NCBI GenBank assembly: GCA_964016885.1
Contig: OZ024743.1
Span: 90,706,001-90,770,000, forward strand
Length of the DNA stretch: 64,000 nucleotides
Reading direction: 5' to 3'
Source of the DNA: Eledone cirrhosa
Lineage: Eukaryota
The translations under genes and the position numbers were made by a program. The notes beneath the pieces were generated by a model. That model was not told the origin of the DNA. It worked only from the letters and a program-made list of their open reading frames with translations, and did no database searches. This document shows positions 11,872 through 25,500 of the stretch, in pieces (position 1 is the stretch's first letter; the number at the start of each line of letters is the position of its first letter).

Positions 11872-13035
11872 CATCTAACTCCCAATTCACCCAAATCACA
11901 ATTTATCTAACTCACAAATTATCTAACTCACAATTCTTCTAACTCACAATTTATCTAACTCACAATTCATCTAACTCACAATTCATTTAACTCACAATTT
12001 ATCTAACTCACAATTTATCTAACTCACAATTTATACAACTCACAATTCTCCCTACTCACAATTCATCTAACTCACAATTCATCTAACTCACAATTTATAC
12101 AACTCACAATTCATCTAACTCACAATTTATCTAACTCACAATTCATCTAACTCACAATTTATACAACTCACAATTCATCTAACTCACAATTTATACAACT
12201 CACAATTCATCTAACTCACAATTCATCTAACTCACAATTTATCTAACTCACAATTCATCTAACTCACAATTCATCTAACTCACAATTCATCTAACTCACA
12301 ATTCATCTAACTCACAATTCACCTAACTCACAATTCATCTAACTCACAATTTATACAACTCACAATTCATCTAACTCACAATTCATCTAACTCACAATTC
12401 TTCTAACTCACAATTCTTCTAACTCACAATTCTTCTAACTCACAATTCACCTAACTCACAATTCATCTAACTCACAATTCACCTAACTCACAATTCATCT
12501 AACTCACAATTCATCTAACTCACAATTCATCTAACTCACAATTCACCTAACTCACAATTCACCTAACTCACAATTCATCTAACTCACAATTCATCTAATT
12601 CACAATTTATCTAACTCACAATTCACCTAACTCACAATTCATCTAATTCACAATTTATCTAACTCACAATTCACCTAACTCACAATTTATCTAACTTACA
12701 ATTTATACAACTCACAATTCATCTAACTCACAATTTATCTAACTTAGAATTTATACAACTCACAATTCATCTAACTCACAATTTATCTAACTTACAATTT
12801 ATACAACTCACAATTCATCTAACTCACAATTTATCTAACTTAGAATTTATACAACTCACAATTCATCTAACTCACAATTTATCTAACTTACAATTTATAC
12901 AACTCACAATTCATCTAACTCACAATTTATCTAACTTACAATTTATACAACTCACAAGTCATTTAACTCAAAATTTATCTAACTCCCAATTTATACAACT
13001 CACAATTCACTTAATTTACAATTCATCTAAATTCA
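11872..13035. repeat. 16-bp tandem minisatellite (CTAACTCACAATTCAT)n, about 70 copies
   Basis: Directly visible; variants TTTAT/TTCAC/TACAAC; preceded by a C-rich tract at 11802-11870. Confidence 0.95.
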
Positions 13036-13362
13036 TATTTAAAAAAAATATATTTTCACAAAAAATAATAAATATAGTTCTCTTATGCATCAAATTTATT
13101 ACTACTATGCTTTACGGTATAGAGTTACGGCCCTTTACGTCCCGAGTTCAAATCCCACTGAGGTTAGCTTTGCCTTTCATCCATACGGGGTCGATAAAAT
13201 AAAGTACCAGTCACGCACTTGAGTCGATTTAATCGACTTTGTCCCCCTCTCAAGTTACTGGCCTTGTGCCTAAATCAGAAACAATTATTATTATGCCTTA
13301 CGACACAGAGCTATGGCCCTTTACACTCTGAGTTCAAATCCCACCGAGGTTAGCTTTCTAAA

Positions 13363-16300
13363 GGCGACTGGAGACCTTCATAGGAACTTCCTGCTCTTTA
13401 ATTTTAGTGGGTGATTGGAATGGGATCTTGGATTCATGCTGGAATTGTGTGGGATTAGCGGATAGAGGACGAGGGTGTAAAAGCCTCGCAAACCTGCTCA
13501 GACGTTTCCCACTGTCTGACAGGTACTGACCGGATTTCCCAATGGATAAACGGCATCAGGTCATCCTGACTATATCTAGATAGAGTATTTTGTAAGGAAA
13601 TAGATAGTTCTAGCATAGGTTGTCTACTATTCAAAATATTTGACTACACAGACGACAAATTCGTGATCTGCGTGGTCGACTTAGATATGCTTCATAGACA
13701 GAGACCCAGCTACTGGAAGCTAAACGCGTCATTTACAGCACGCAAAGCAGATTAGTTAAGCGGGCATTGACGGGAGCAATCATCAACAACAAATGGTGGT
13801 TTGCCCTGAAAAGGGTGATTAGAATAGAGTCTATTAGGTTAAGTAAGGCGTTAGCAATAGAGAAAAATAGAGCAGGGGAAAACTAATTAGTAAATTAGAT
13901 GAGGCGCTTAGTAAAGGCATCGTGACCGACATGCTTGTGGCGAAATTGGCCCTCGACCAATTCTTCAACGCAAAGTACAAAGGCTGCGTTATCAGAACTA
14001 GGGCGCGTGCTCTCAGACACGAGGGGGCAAAAGCCGTTCAATGGGTCCGAGTGGCGGAGGCGCGTCATGGCAACAAAGCCACGATCCTGTCTTTCGCATG
14101 TTACTCGATCTCGGGCAAATGTTACTCGATCTCGGGCAAATGTGTGCAGCTTTTCAGTGACACTTCACTCAGCTGTTTGGGGGCAACAGTGGGTTAGATC
14201 ACAGGATGGACTTTAGCGCCTACTTCGACAGACTGCCGCGGTTCTCGGCAACTGAGGCGGAGCATTGCGAAAGGCCGATAACACCCGCTGAAATACGAGT
14301 AGCAATGTCTGACTGCACGATGGGTAAATCGCCTGGTTTGGATGATCTGCCTGACGAGTTTTACGTACACATGCCAGACTTGTTCGGAGACCTCTTGGCG
14401 GATGTCTACTGCAATTGGCAGCAGAATAGGAATACTCCCATCTCTGTGAGCCGAGGAGCGGTAGTGCTGCTGAGAAAGGACCTGAACAAAAGGGACAAGA
14501 TAGATAATTTCAGGCCCATAACTCTGCTAAATGCAGAGTTCAAGATTTTGGCCCAGGTGCTAGCAAAGAGGTTGGCGCTTGTCGTCAGTGGTCTGGTGGG
14601 AGAGGCGCAGACATGCGCCATTCCAGACAGATCCACCCACGACAACCTCCACCTCTTGCGATACATCATGGAAAGGGTAGCTAAGGAACCTGGCTCGGGA
14701 GGGGCCTTGATGAATTTAAATCAGTCGAAAGCTTTCAATAGGGGCGACCATCATTATCTGGCGGCAGCCCTGATGACAGCCGGCTTGGGGTCCGTCTTCA
14801 GAAGCTGGATCGCTGCCATGCACAGCGACATCTGCTCTGTGGTGAGAGTGAACGTTCACCTTTCGGAACCGTTCAACATCATGCACTCGGTTTGCCAAGG
14901 ATGTCCCCTCTCATCCCTGTTGTACGTAGTGACTCTCAAGCCATTACTGCACAAACTGGAGACGTTGAGGGCGTCCTGCACGAACTAGGATGCGGAAGAA
15001 CCATGTCAACATATGCCGACGACGTCACCGTAGTGGTGTCGAATGCCAAACACATCGAGCACCACACTAAGAGAATACGAGGTGGTGACAGGAGCAATGA
15101 TCAACCAGGAAAAATCAGTAGGCCTGCAACTCGGCACCTGTAGAGGCAAGTCTATGCCGTCCAACAGCGTCATCGGGCGCTAGACGGACAGACCGGTTAA
15201 ATTGCTAGGGGTCTGGTTCGGTCCGGACCTCCAGACGGACAAAAACAGGGAGGAGGTGACGAGCAAGGTGGCTTCTCTCACCCAGAAATGGGCCGAGAGG
15301 AAGCTATCCCTGAAAGGTCAAGCGGAGGTGGCGAACGCGTACATCGCATCCATCATCTACTACCGCCTGACCATCGTGCCTTGTCCTAAGCCTTGCCTGA
15401 CTGCACTGGAGCATTTGCTCTATTGCTTTTTGTGGAAGGGACGTGCTCCGATGGTCAGGCGGTCCATCTGCTGTCAACACCCGCTACACAGAGGGCTGGG
15501 CATGCTGTGGCTGATGATACGCAGACATACGCTCAGGCTACGACATCTCCACTTCTTCCTCGACGGTGATCAGGTGTGGTCACCCTTTGCTAGACACATG
15601 TTTTCCCAGCTCGTCTACTTGATGGAGCTGCAGTCCTGGGTCAAGCGAAGACCGAGAGGGAGCGCTTGGAGACTGGAATGTCTTCAGGCGCTCACAGCCT
15701 TCGACCAATCGGGCAGTGTGATCGGGGGAAACTCCACCTTGGCGTTCTATAGAGGATTAGTGGAGGGGAAGAGCGACGACTTACTTGGAGAAACTCTAGG
15801 CGTCGACGAAAATCAACTAGCCAATCCCTTCGGAAGAACTTTCGGGCCGGGGCCTATGGACAACTTCCAGAAATCCCTGGCCTGGCAGTGCTACCGAGGA
15901 GCTTTGCCAGTTCGGGATAAACTCTACAGGCATGGAGGTGCCGTCAGCAGGGCATGTCCGAGATGCGCACAGGGCGACGAAACCATCCTGCACGCACTCG
16001 TCCAGTGTCCGAGAATTGCTGACTTGTGGGTTTATGTCGAACACCTGCTGTCGCGTGTAGGACGGATCCGGCTATCAGCTGAGTCCATCGTGAGGATTGC
16101 CCCGCCCTCTTCCTTTAGCCGGGAAGGGCAGGCAGTTTTTATCTGTCTGGTGGCCATGGCGAAAGAGATAGTATGGTGGACACGTTTGAAAGGGCTGAAG
16201 ACGAGCACTTACCTCTTCGGTGATGCTCTGATTAACTTTTTCAAATTTCATTTGAAAAGGAAAATCAGGGTAGAGAGGGAAGTGCTCTCTTGCCAGCATT

Positions 16301-16616
16301 TTGTTGAAAATGGGTGAGAGAAGCAAGAATGGCCCGAGTGAATGGGCCTACTCTGAGTATGTGTCTGTAAATTAAAGGTGGAAAACTGGGAGAGGGCACT
16401 TGCCCTGGTGGTCAGGGTCACTGTGGCCTTTTAATGGGCTTTCTCCACAAATGTCCCTCGGAAGTCTCCCCCCTATTTGGGAATTTTTCATTGTTATTTT
16501 TATTACATCCTCTGTTTTTGTTTTTTTACACGCAGAAATGCCCATTTGTACCGTCCTGTATTGTCCTGTACTGTCCTTAAGGTCTACTTTATGTAAGCCC
16601 TTGTGGTTAATAAAGA

Positions 16617-16653
<37 letters not shown>
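13363..16653 (+). mobile_element. 5'-truncated, degenerate Tx1/L1 LINE copy
   Basis: Colinear with ~19227-22579, with stops and frameshifts (ORF pieces 14206-14988, 15202-16317); (TTA)n tail. Confidence 0.92.
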
Positions 16654-16860
16654 GGCGACCTACGTAGTAAATCGTATCATCGTGAGCTCCGCAAAGGTTT
16701 GTTATTTTCGTTTGTTAAAAATTGCCATTTATGGAAAATTTTATTGTTAACTGTTTATAAGCACACATACATTGTTTTCCGAAAAGGACACCCAAAAAGA
16801 TTGGGGCCTTGTGCCCAAAATTTTAACTTTTATTATTATCCAAAAATTTCTTTGAAAAAA

Positions 16861-18824
16861 ATGGCTAATTCCCCTCTGCACGAAGCAGCTGAAAGCCTTC
16901 CTCACAAAATAACACCTCACACCGACACCACCATTGTAAATGTTACTACGTTTGCCAACACAAAAAAAAATATAAGCAGTAGCAATATTTTAAATTTGTC
17001 TCAGGCAGACATTCATTTCCCGCCATTACCAATGACTGCAGGTGTTAAAGCCTCCACCACCACCACCACCGCGACAACCACCACCCCCACCACCACCGCG
17101 ACAACAGAAACAAAAGAAGAAAAAAATAAATTAACTCGTGATGTCGAAATGAAATCAAGCAAAATGGACTCTTCCGCACCAAAGACGACTGACGTCACCA
17201 CCACCACAACTGAAACTAAAATTAATATTAACACAAATAACGATAGCAACAACAACAACAATGACATTATAAAACCGACCCTCAGTTTCGCCATAGTAGC
17301 AAAACAATTTGAAGCATTCACGGTAACTCAAGACGATTTAGAAAATGCCAAACAAATGGTAAAGAAAAATGGGTACAGGGTCAGCCCCCCCCCCACCTAA
17401 TAAAATGGAGCATCGGCGCCTATGCACCGTGTCGTATAGAACAATAAATGTAAAATCGCGCCGAGTGGAACGGGCATCCGAGTCCCAAATCCAAAAAGCT
17501 TTGGGACATGTGTGGGCAAGAAAAACCCACATCAGACGTGGGCAAAAGTATGGAACCGTGGATGTGTTCTTTGAAACACCAGAGGAGGCTAGAGAACACT
17601 CCATGGCCCCATTAAAAAGTGACGACTTCACACTCGTCCCAAGCTATTGTGGCCAGAGACTCGTAAAGATCAGGGTGACCCACGTTCCACCGGCCATCGA
17701 AATTCCCTGGCTAATAGCGGCTGTCCTCGCCGGCATCGAAGCCAACACGAAAATAATAGCAATAGCAAAAGAAAAGCAGGAAAACTGGTCCGGATCTGGG
17801 ATGGAGCTCCTAATCCAAGCGGACCAAAAAAGCATTGAGGAGATCCCAGAGGTAATAGACCTCACTGACGGCAGCCACCTCACGGTAATTGTCGAGGGCA
17901 GAAGACCTAGGTGTGTCGTTTGTGGTGAAGGAACCCACCTAAGGGCTTTCTGCCCTCAGGCTAAAAGGTTGAGGCCACCTCTCCTACCCACCCCAGTGAC
18001 ACAACCATCAACACCACCAGTAGCAGAGATGGCAGCAACAACTGTAGCAGCAACAACAGAAGCAACTATAACAGCAACAACCCCAGCAACAGTAGCAGAA
18101 CCAACACCACCACCACCCAACGCTTCAGAACTAGCACCAGCGCCTACACCATCCACCACACCACAACCAAAACTAACGGCTGTGGAAGATTTTCCACTCC
18201 CCGGCCTATCACAACTGGAGACAGATTGTGACGACGAGGAGTGGGAAACGATATCCGGAAAAAAAAAGAAACCAAAAAAGAAAAAATTCTCTTCCTTCCC
18301 CCTCCAAAAACAAAATACAGAGGGAAACAAATAAACTAAGAAACAAAAAAGTTAGGACAGATATGCCACCATCCACACCAGCATCACCAACCCCATCAAC
18401 CCAAACACCAACACCATCACCATCATTAACTCCAACACCACCATCACCTACACCACAAAAGTCACCAAAATGCGAAACAGAAACAAACCCACAACAAACG
18501 CAAACAAAACAAAACAACCAAAACGATACACACTACACAGCATTAAATTTGAACAACAAGCAATTATTACACTACATCCAACACAACACCAGCATCACAG
18601 AAAAAGACTACACAACAACCCCAAAATTCACACCACCTCCACACATACAAATCACTCGCATCACACAGAAAACGTACATGACACTAAAACAAAAATTCCC
18701 CAAAGACATCGGAGACTTCCGACAAGCACTCTCCAGGAGGATTTATAAGGACATCCTTCCTGAGGAGGCCACAAGCAGTGAAAAGGATGGAAAAACCGTC
18801 CTTCCCCTACGAGAAGTAAGGTAA
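16861..18824 (+). CDS. Tx1 ORF1 (gag-like), broken by two +1 shifts at homopolymers
   Basis: MANSPLHE... stops after a C10 run (~17385-17394); next frame has CVVCGEGTHLRAFC (CX2CX4HX4C); a second shift near an A9 run (~18259-18267) leads to the frame ending at 18824. Confidence 0.7.
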
Positions 18825-18858
18825 GTGGTCTTTCCCATCTTTTCCACTCCTTTTCAAC

Positions 18859-21800
18859 ATGACCTCACTCAGAATAGGCAGCATAAATGCGCGTGGCTTG
18901 GGGTCGTCATGGAAGCAGGGCCACCTGCTCAACGACCTCAGGTCACTAAACATAGATGTAGTGGCCATCAGCGAGACCAGAATCTCCGAAGCACAGGCTT
19001 TCGCACCGATCTTCGGCGGCTACGATGTGTACGCATCTCCCAGCCGTCCGGGATCGGGGGGAGGAGTTGCTGTGCTTTTTCGGAGAGGTTTGGATCTTGC
19101 CATACGGGCCATCTTCCTGGACCCAGAAGGTAAGTTGGTGGTGCTGGACGTGACCAGCGGAGACGGGCAAGCTTTCAGGTTAGTGGCCGTCTATGCCCCG
19201 ACAGGAGCAGGGCGGCCTGATTTCTTCCGGCGTCTGGAGACCTTTCTTGGAACGTCCCGCTCTTTAGTGTTAGTGGGCGACTGGAACGGGATCTTAGATG
19301 CACGCTGGGATTGTGTGGGATTAGTGGATAGGGAAGGAGGGTGCAAGAGTCTCACCAACCTGCTCAGACGTTTTGAACTGTCTGACAGGTACCGAATGGA
19401 TTTCCCGAATGTACCAATGTGGACTTGGACAAATCGCATAGGGTCATCCAGATCATATCTAGATAGAGTATTTTGTAGGGAAATAGATAGGTCTAGCATA
19501 GGCTGTCCACAATTCAAGATAGTCAGCTACACGGACCACAAATTCGTGATCTGTGTGCTTGACTTAGATAGGCTTCATAGACGAGGACCCGGCTACTGGA
19601 AGCTAAACGCGTCCTTACCAGCGCGCAAGGCCTACAGAGACCGGATTAGCGAACTAGTTAAGCGGGCGTTGACGGGGGCCATCGTCAACAACAAGTGGTG
19701 GTTTGCTCTGAAAAGAGCAATTAGAATAGAGTCCATTAGGTTTAGTAAGACTTTAGCAATAGAGAAAAATAGAGCAGAGGGAGAATTAGTTAGAAAATTA
19801 GATGAGGCGCTTAGCAAAGGCATCGCGACCGACGTACTTGCGGCGAAATTGGCTCTTGACCAATTCTTCAATGCAAAGCACGAAGGCTGCGTTGTCAGAG
19901 CTAGGGTGCGTGCTCTCAGACACGAGGGGACGAAAGCCGTTCAATGGGCCCGAGTGGCGGAGGCGCGTCGTGGCAACAAAGCCACGATCCGGTCTTTGGT
20001 GGACCACGACGGGCGCATGCTACTCGATCCTGGGCAAATGTGTGAAGCTTTTCAGCGACACTTCGCTCAACTGTTCGGGGGCAGTGGCGGGCCGGATCGA
20101 GGGATGGACTTTAGTGTCTACCTCGACGGACTGCCGCGGCTTTCGGCCACTGAGGCGGAGTATTGCGAAAAGCCGATAACAACCGCTGAAGTACGGGATG
20201 CAATGACTAGTTGCACAAGGGGTAAATCGCCTGGTTTGGATGGTCTGCCCTATGAACTTTACGTACAAATGCCAAACTTGTTCGGAGGCCTCTTGGCGGA
20301 CGTCTACTGCAACTGGCAACAGAACGGGAGAATTCCCAGCTCTGTGAGCCGAGGAGCGGTGGCGCTGCTGAGAAAGGATCCGAACAAGGGGGATAACATA
20401 GATAATTTTAGGCCCATAACTCTGCTAAACACAGAGTTCAAGATTTTGGCCAAGGTGCTAGCAAAGAGGTTGGCGCTTGTCGTTGGTGGTCTGGTGGGAG
20501 AGGCACAGACATGCGCCATTCCCGACAGATCCATCCACGACAACCTCCACCTCATGCGATACAACGTAGAGAGGGTAGCTAGGGAACCTGGCACGGGTGG
20601 GTCTTTGATCAATTTAGATCAGTCGAAAGCCTTCGATAGGGTCGACCATCGTTACCTAGCGGCAGTCCTGAGGGCGGCTGGCTTTGGGCCCGTCTTCAGA
20701 GGCTGGATCGCTGCCATGCACAGCGACATCTGCTCTGTAGTGAGAGTGAACGGTCATCTTTCGGAACCGTTCAACATCATGCGCTCGGTCCGCCAAGGAT
20801 GTCCCCTCTCGTCCCTATTGTACGTATTGACTCTCGAGCCATTACTGCACAAACTGGAGACGTTGAGGGGGGTCCCGCGCGAACTAGGATGCGGAAGATC
20901 CGTGTCAGCATATGCCGACGATGTCACCGTAGTGGTGTCGAACGCCAAACACATCGAGGCGATCGGCACTACACTAAGAGAATACGAAGCGGTGACAGGA
21001 GCAATTATCAACCAGGAAAAGTCAGTGGGCCTGCAGCTCGGCACCTGGAGAGGCAGGTCCATGCCGTCCAACAGCGTCGTCGGGCGCTGGACTGACGGAC
21101 CGGTTAAATTGCTAGGGGTCTGGTTCGGTCCAGACCTCCAGACGGACAAAAACTGGGACGAGGTGACGAGCAGGGTGGCTTCTCTCACCCAGAAATGGGC
21201 CGAGAGGAAGCTATCCCTGAAAGGTCGAGCGGAGGTGGCGAACGCGTACATCGCATCCGTCATCTACTACCGCCTGACCGTCGTACCTTGTCCTAAGCCC
21301 CGCCTGACTGCGCTGGAGCGTTTGCTCTTTCGCTTCGTGTGGAAGGGACGCGCTCCGATGGTCAGGCGGTCCATCTGCTGTCAACACCCGCTACGTGGAG
21401 GGCTGGGCATGCCGTGGCTGATGATGCGCAGACACGCGCTCAGGCTACGACATCTCCACCTCTTCCTCGACGGTGATCAGGTGTGGTCGCCGTTTGCTAG
21501 ACACGTTTTTCCCCAGCTCGTCTCCTTGACGGAGCTGCAGTCCTGGGTCAAGCGAAGACCGAGAGGGAGCGCTTGGAGACTGGAATGTCTTCAGGCGCTC
21601 ACAGCCCTCGACCAATCGGGCAATGTGATCGGTGGAAACTCCACCTTGGCGTTCTATAGAGGATTAGTGGAGGGGAAGAGCGACGACGTACTTGGAGAAA
21701 ATCAAGGCGTCGACGAAAATCAACTAGCCAATCTCTTCGGAAGGACTTTCGGGCCGGGGCCTATGGACAACTTCCAGAAATTCCTGGCCTGGCAGTGCTA

Positions 21801-22275
21801 CCGAGGAGCTTTGCCAGTTCGGGATAAACTCTACAGGCATGGAGGTGCCGTCAGCAGGGCATGTCCGAGATGCGCGCAGGGCGACGAAACCGTCCTGCAC
21901 ACACTCGTCCAGTGTCCGAGCATTGCTGACTTGTGGGTTTATGTCGAACACCTGTCACGTGTAGGACGGATCCAGCTATCAGCTGAGTCCATCGTGAGGA
22001 TTGCCCCGCCCCCTTCCTTTAGCCGGGAAGGGCAGGCAGTTTTTATCTGTCTGGTGGCCATGGCGAAAGAGATAGTATGGTGGACACGTTTGAAAGGGCT
22101 GAAGACGAGCACTTACCTCTTCGGTGATGCCCTGATTAACTTTTTCAAATTTCATCTGAAAAGGAAAATCAGGGTAGAGAGGGAAGTGCTCTCTTCCCAG
22201 CATTTTGTTGAAAGATGGGTGAGAGAAGCAAGTATGGCCCGAATGAATGGGCCTTCTCTGAGTATGTGTCTGTAA
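18859..22275 (+). CDS. Tx1 ORF2: APE endonuclease, reverse transcriptase, C-terminal zinc finger (1138 aa)
   Basis: SINARGL, ISET, VGDWN, SYLDR, YTDH (APE); KSPGLDG, FRPITLLN, QGCPLS, YADD (RT); CPRC...HTLVQC. Confidence 0.95.
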   Translation: MTSLRIGSINARGLGSSWKQGHLLNDLRSLNIDVVAISETRISEAQAFAPIFGGYDVYASPSRPGSGGGVAVLFRRGLDLAIRAIFLDPEGKLVVLDVTSGDGQAFRLVAVYAPTGAGRPDFFRRLETFLGTSRSLVLVGDWNGILDARWDCVGLVDREGGCKSLTNLLRRFELSDRYRMDFPNVPMWTWTNRIGSSRSYLDRVFCREIDRSSIGCPQFKIVSYTDHKFVICVLDLDRLHRRGPGYWKLNASLPARKAYRDRISELVKRALTGAIVNNKWWFALKRAIRIESIRFSKTLAIEKNRAEGELVRKLDEALSKGIATDVLAAKLALDQFFNAKHEGCVVRARVRALRHEGTKAVQWARVAEARRGNKATIRSLVDHDGRMLLDPGQMCEAFQRHFAQLFGGSGGPDRGMDFSVYLDGLPRLSATEAEYCEKPITTAEVRDAMTSCTRGKSPGLDGLPYELYVQMPNLFGGLLADVYCNWQQNGRIPSSVSRGAVALLRKDPNKGDNIDNFRPITLLNTEFKILAKVLAKRLALVVGGLVGEAQTCAIPDRSIHDNLHLMRYNVERVAREPGTGGSLINLDQSKAFDRVDHRYLAAVLRAAGFGPVFRGWIAAMHSDICSVVRVNGHLSEPFNIMRSVRQGCPLSSLLYVLTLEPLLHKLETLRGVPRELGCGRSVSAYADDVTVVVSNAKHIEAIGTTLREYEAVTGAIINQEKSVGLQLGTWRGRSMPSNSVVGRWTDGPVKLLGVWFGPDLQTDKNWDEVTSRVASLTQKWAERKLSLKGRAEVANAYIASVIYYRLTVVPCPKPRLTALERLLFRFVWKGRAPMVRRSICCQHPLRGGLGMPWLMMRRHALRLRHLHLFLDGDQVWSPFARHVFPQLVSLTELQSWVKRRPRGSAWRLECLQALTALDQSGNVIGGNSTLAFYRGLVEGKSDDVLGENQGVDENQLANLFGRTFGPGPMDNFQKFLAWQCYRGALPVRDKLYRHGGAVSRACPRCAQGDETVLHTLVQCPSIADLWVYVEHLSRVGRIQLSAESIVRIAPPPSFSREGQAVFICLVAMAKEIVWWTRLKGLKTSTYLFGDALINFFKFHLKRKIRVEREVLSSQHFVERWVREASMARMNGPSLSMCL

Positions 22276-22518
22276 ATTAAAGGTGGAAAACTGGGAGAGG
22301 GCACTTGCCCTGGTGGTCAGGGCCACTGTGGTCTTTTAATGGGCTTTCTCCACAAATGTCCCTCGGAAGTCTCCCCCCTATTGGGGAATTTTTCTTTGTT
22401 ATTTTATTTCATCCTCTGTTTTTTTTACACGCAGAAATGCCCATTTGTACCGTCCTGTATTGTCCTGTACTGTCCTTAATGTCTACTTTATGTAAGCCCT
22501 TGTGGTTAATAAAGAAAA

Positions 22519-22579
<61 letters not shown>

Positions 22580-22581
<2 letters not shown>

Positions 22582-25500
22582 AGTTGCATTTAGCTTGCTT
22601 TATGTTCATACGAGTTATCACCAAGTCACAACCAGTGACCTCAAGAGACAACAAGATCCGCCATTTTTAAAGAAAGAACAAACATACACACACATGCATC
22701 TTTAGGTGTTTAGACTTGTGATGTACTTATATTGACAGAATCTTCCTTAGTATATGGGCAGTTCCCATTAGTACTATCTTTTGTATTTCTCCTATACGTG
22801 GGTTTCCTGGGATTTGTGATAAGTAATCATTAGACTCCTTAGGTATCATTCCTAGAGCGCCCACAACCACTGGTATTGTTTTAGTTCTCAATTTCCACAT
22901 TTTTCCAATTTCTATCTCCAGGTCCTTATACTTGCTCAATTTTTCAAATGTTTTTATAGATACATTCTTGTCTATAGGAATGGACATATAAATTAGCAGG
23001 CATACCCTCTTTTTAAAGTCCTTCAGTATTATATCAGGTCTATTTGCATCTATTTTTCGGTCTGTTTGGATGCTAAAGTTCCACAAGATTGAGATGTGAT
23101 CTTTTTCAAGTATGGGAGGTGGTTGATGCTCCCACCAATTCTTTTGATGGGGCAGGTCAAAATGCTTACACATTATCCAATGTATGTATTGTGCAGCTCT
23201 GTCACGCCTGTTTAGGTATTCGGTTGGAGCTATAGGACTGCACATTGAAATTATATGATCAATGGTCTCTGGTTGTTTTTTTACATACATGGCATAATGG
23301 ACTGCATCCATTTTTTATTATGTTGGCTTGATAATTTTTTGTTGGCAGACACTGATCTTGTGCTGATATAATCCGTCCTTCAGTCTCCGATTTCAGTCCA
23401 GAGGATGCCAACCACTGATAGGTTAAAGTTTTGTCAACATCAGGATTGTCAGCTCTTTCTGGGTATTTTCCATACAGAGGCTTTTCTTGCCATTTCTTAG
23501 CCAGTTTCTGTAGCAGTTCTTTCTTTGCAGTTACTTTTATCTGCTTTGCTTTTTCTGTGTTTTCCATTTCAGCAGTAAATGGGATTTCTGAAATTTGTAG
23601 TCCATTACTGTATCTTTGTGCATCTTTTGTAATGGAGTATGATCTTTTGATGCTTTCGTGTTTCAAAACGAGTTTGATCATCCAATCATGTGATTCCCTT
23701 AGATATGTAGATAATCCAATTGTTGCAGTTTTCAACGCAATATCTAACTGGATTAACCCACGTCCTCCTTATTTCCTAGGGAGATATATTCTATCTGTAT
23801 CTGCCTTAGGGTGATGCATTCTGTGCATGGTTAAGAATTTTCTAATTTTTGTATCGAGCCTACGGATCTCTGTGCTTGACCAGTTGATGACATTGTAACT
23901 GTAGGTTACTACTGGTATGGCAAGCGTATTTATGTCATTGATCCTATTCTTTGCATTCAATTCCGTTCTTAAGATTGCTCTTACTCTGCGGTAACATTCC
24001 TTCCTTATCCTTTCCCTCATTGTTGAGTGCTTTATTCCGTCTCCTTCACAAACACCTAGATATTTGAAAGTTTCCTCTTGATCAAGTTCTCTTATCACAT
24101 TCCCCCGATCAAGATTAATGTCTGAACTTTTCAGCAGCTTTCCTCTGGTGAATGTTGCTTTGGCGCATTTATCTAGTCCAAACTCCATTTTAATGTCATC
24201 ACTGAACTGCTCCACAGTGGATAATAGCCCTTGCAATTGTTCATCATTTTTTGCAAATAGTTTCAGGTCATCCATGTAGAACAAGTGATTAATGGTTTTG
24301 TCATAGACTTTATATCCATGTTTTGTTTCATTGAGCATTTTACTTAATGGTATAAGTGCGATGCAGAATAAAAGCGATGATAAAGAGTCACCCTGAAAAA
24401 TTCCACAATTAATATTAACTTCTCCAGCTTCCAATGATTTTGTTTCACTATTCAAAAGGAGTGTCGTTTTCCATGTCTTCATACTGAATGACAAAAACCT
24501 CCTGACAACGGGAGATATTTTGAAAATCTCTAAACATTTTTCAATCCAAATGTGTGGCAAACTATCGAATGCTTTTTTATAATCTATCCAAGCAATTGAT
24601 AGATTTTTGTGTCTATTATGACAATCTTCCAGTATCATTTTGTTAACCAAAAGCTGATCCTTACAGCCATATGAGCCTCGTTTACACCCTTTCTGCTCAA
24701 TGGGAAATAGGTCATTTGTTATCAGGTGGTCATATGTATATTCAGTGAGGACTGATGTTAAAATGTTATACATTGTGGTCAAGCAAGTTATCGGTCTGTA
24801 ATTTTTGGGATTGTTTGTCTCATCATTCTTCGGAAGCAGGAATGTAATGCCGTTAACTAGCCATGATGGTATCTTTTCTGGCTCCTTAACTATTTCATTG
24901 TAAAGTTGGGCTAACAGCTCATGTGACTCTGTGAAGGCATTTATCCAAAAATTTTGTATTTTGTCTTTTCCTGGGGATTTCCATTTGCTGGTTTTTCTAA
25001 GAGCCAAACGCAACTGTTCAACTGTTATATTTTCCCATATTTGTTCCTCAAGGTGAGCTGTATCTTTCATTTGTCTGTCTGTCCATGGGGCATGTATATT
25101 ATGAACTTTTTCTTCGGCCCAGATATTTTCCCAGAATTCTTGCACTTCCTCCTTGGGTGGTATTGATTTAGCAGTTATTGTTGACTTACCAATTTTTCTG
25201 TAGAAGTTTCTTTGGTTGTTTTTGAACATATTATTGTCCTTATAGAATCTAGATCGTTTTTCAAAGCGCCTTATACGAGCAGCTTTGGCCGACACTTTTT
25301 GCTTGATTATTTCTATCAGCATGTCTATGTCACTTGTTAATTTTATACTGTACTTTCTTTTCAATTTTCTAAGTTTAGTTTGTTTAACATGTTCACCTAC
25401 TTTATAGTTTGTTAAAATTTCTATGTCAGATCGGAGAAGGTTTATTTGGCGATTGATGTTCTCTTGCCAAGTAGATTTCTTGTGGGAATTCCTTTGTTTT

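Larger units (their letters stand above)
16654..22579 (+). mobile_element. Near full-length Tx1-clade (L1 group) non-LTR retrotransposon
   Basis: 5' UTR, ORF1 with RRM-like region and CCHC knuckle, intact ORF2, 3' UTR and (TTA)n tail; bounded by (TTA)n on both sides. Confidence 0.93.

Noticed and set aside
11872-13035. CRISPR-like appearance of this array and of 50725-53482
   Set aside because: Head-to-tail repeats with no unique spacers, no cas genes, and a eukaryotic context.
18946-22326. Antisense and alternate-frame ORFs overlapping LINE and Helitron coding regions
   Set aside because: Shadow ORFs of the real transposon frames.
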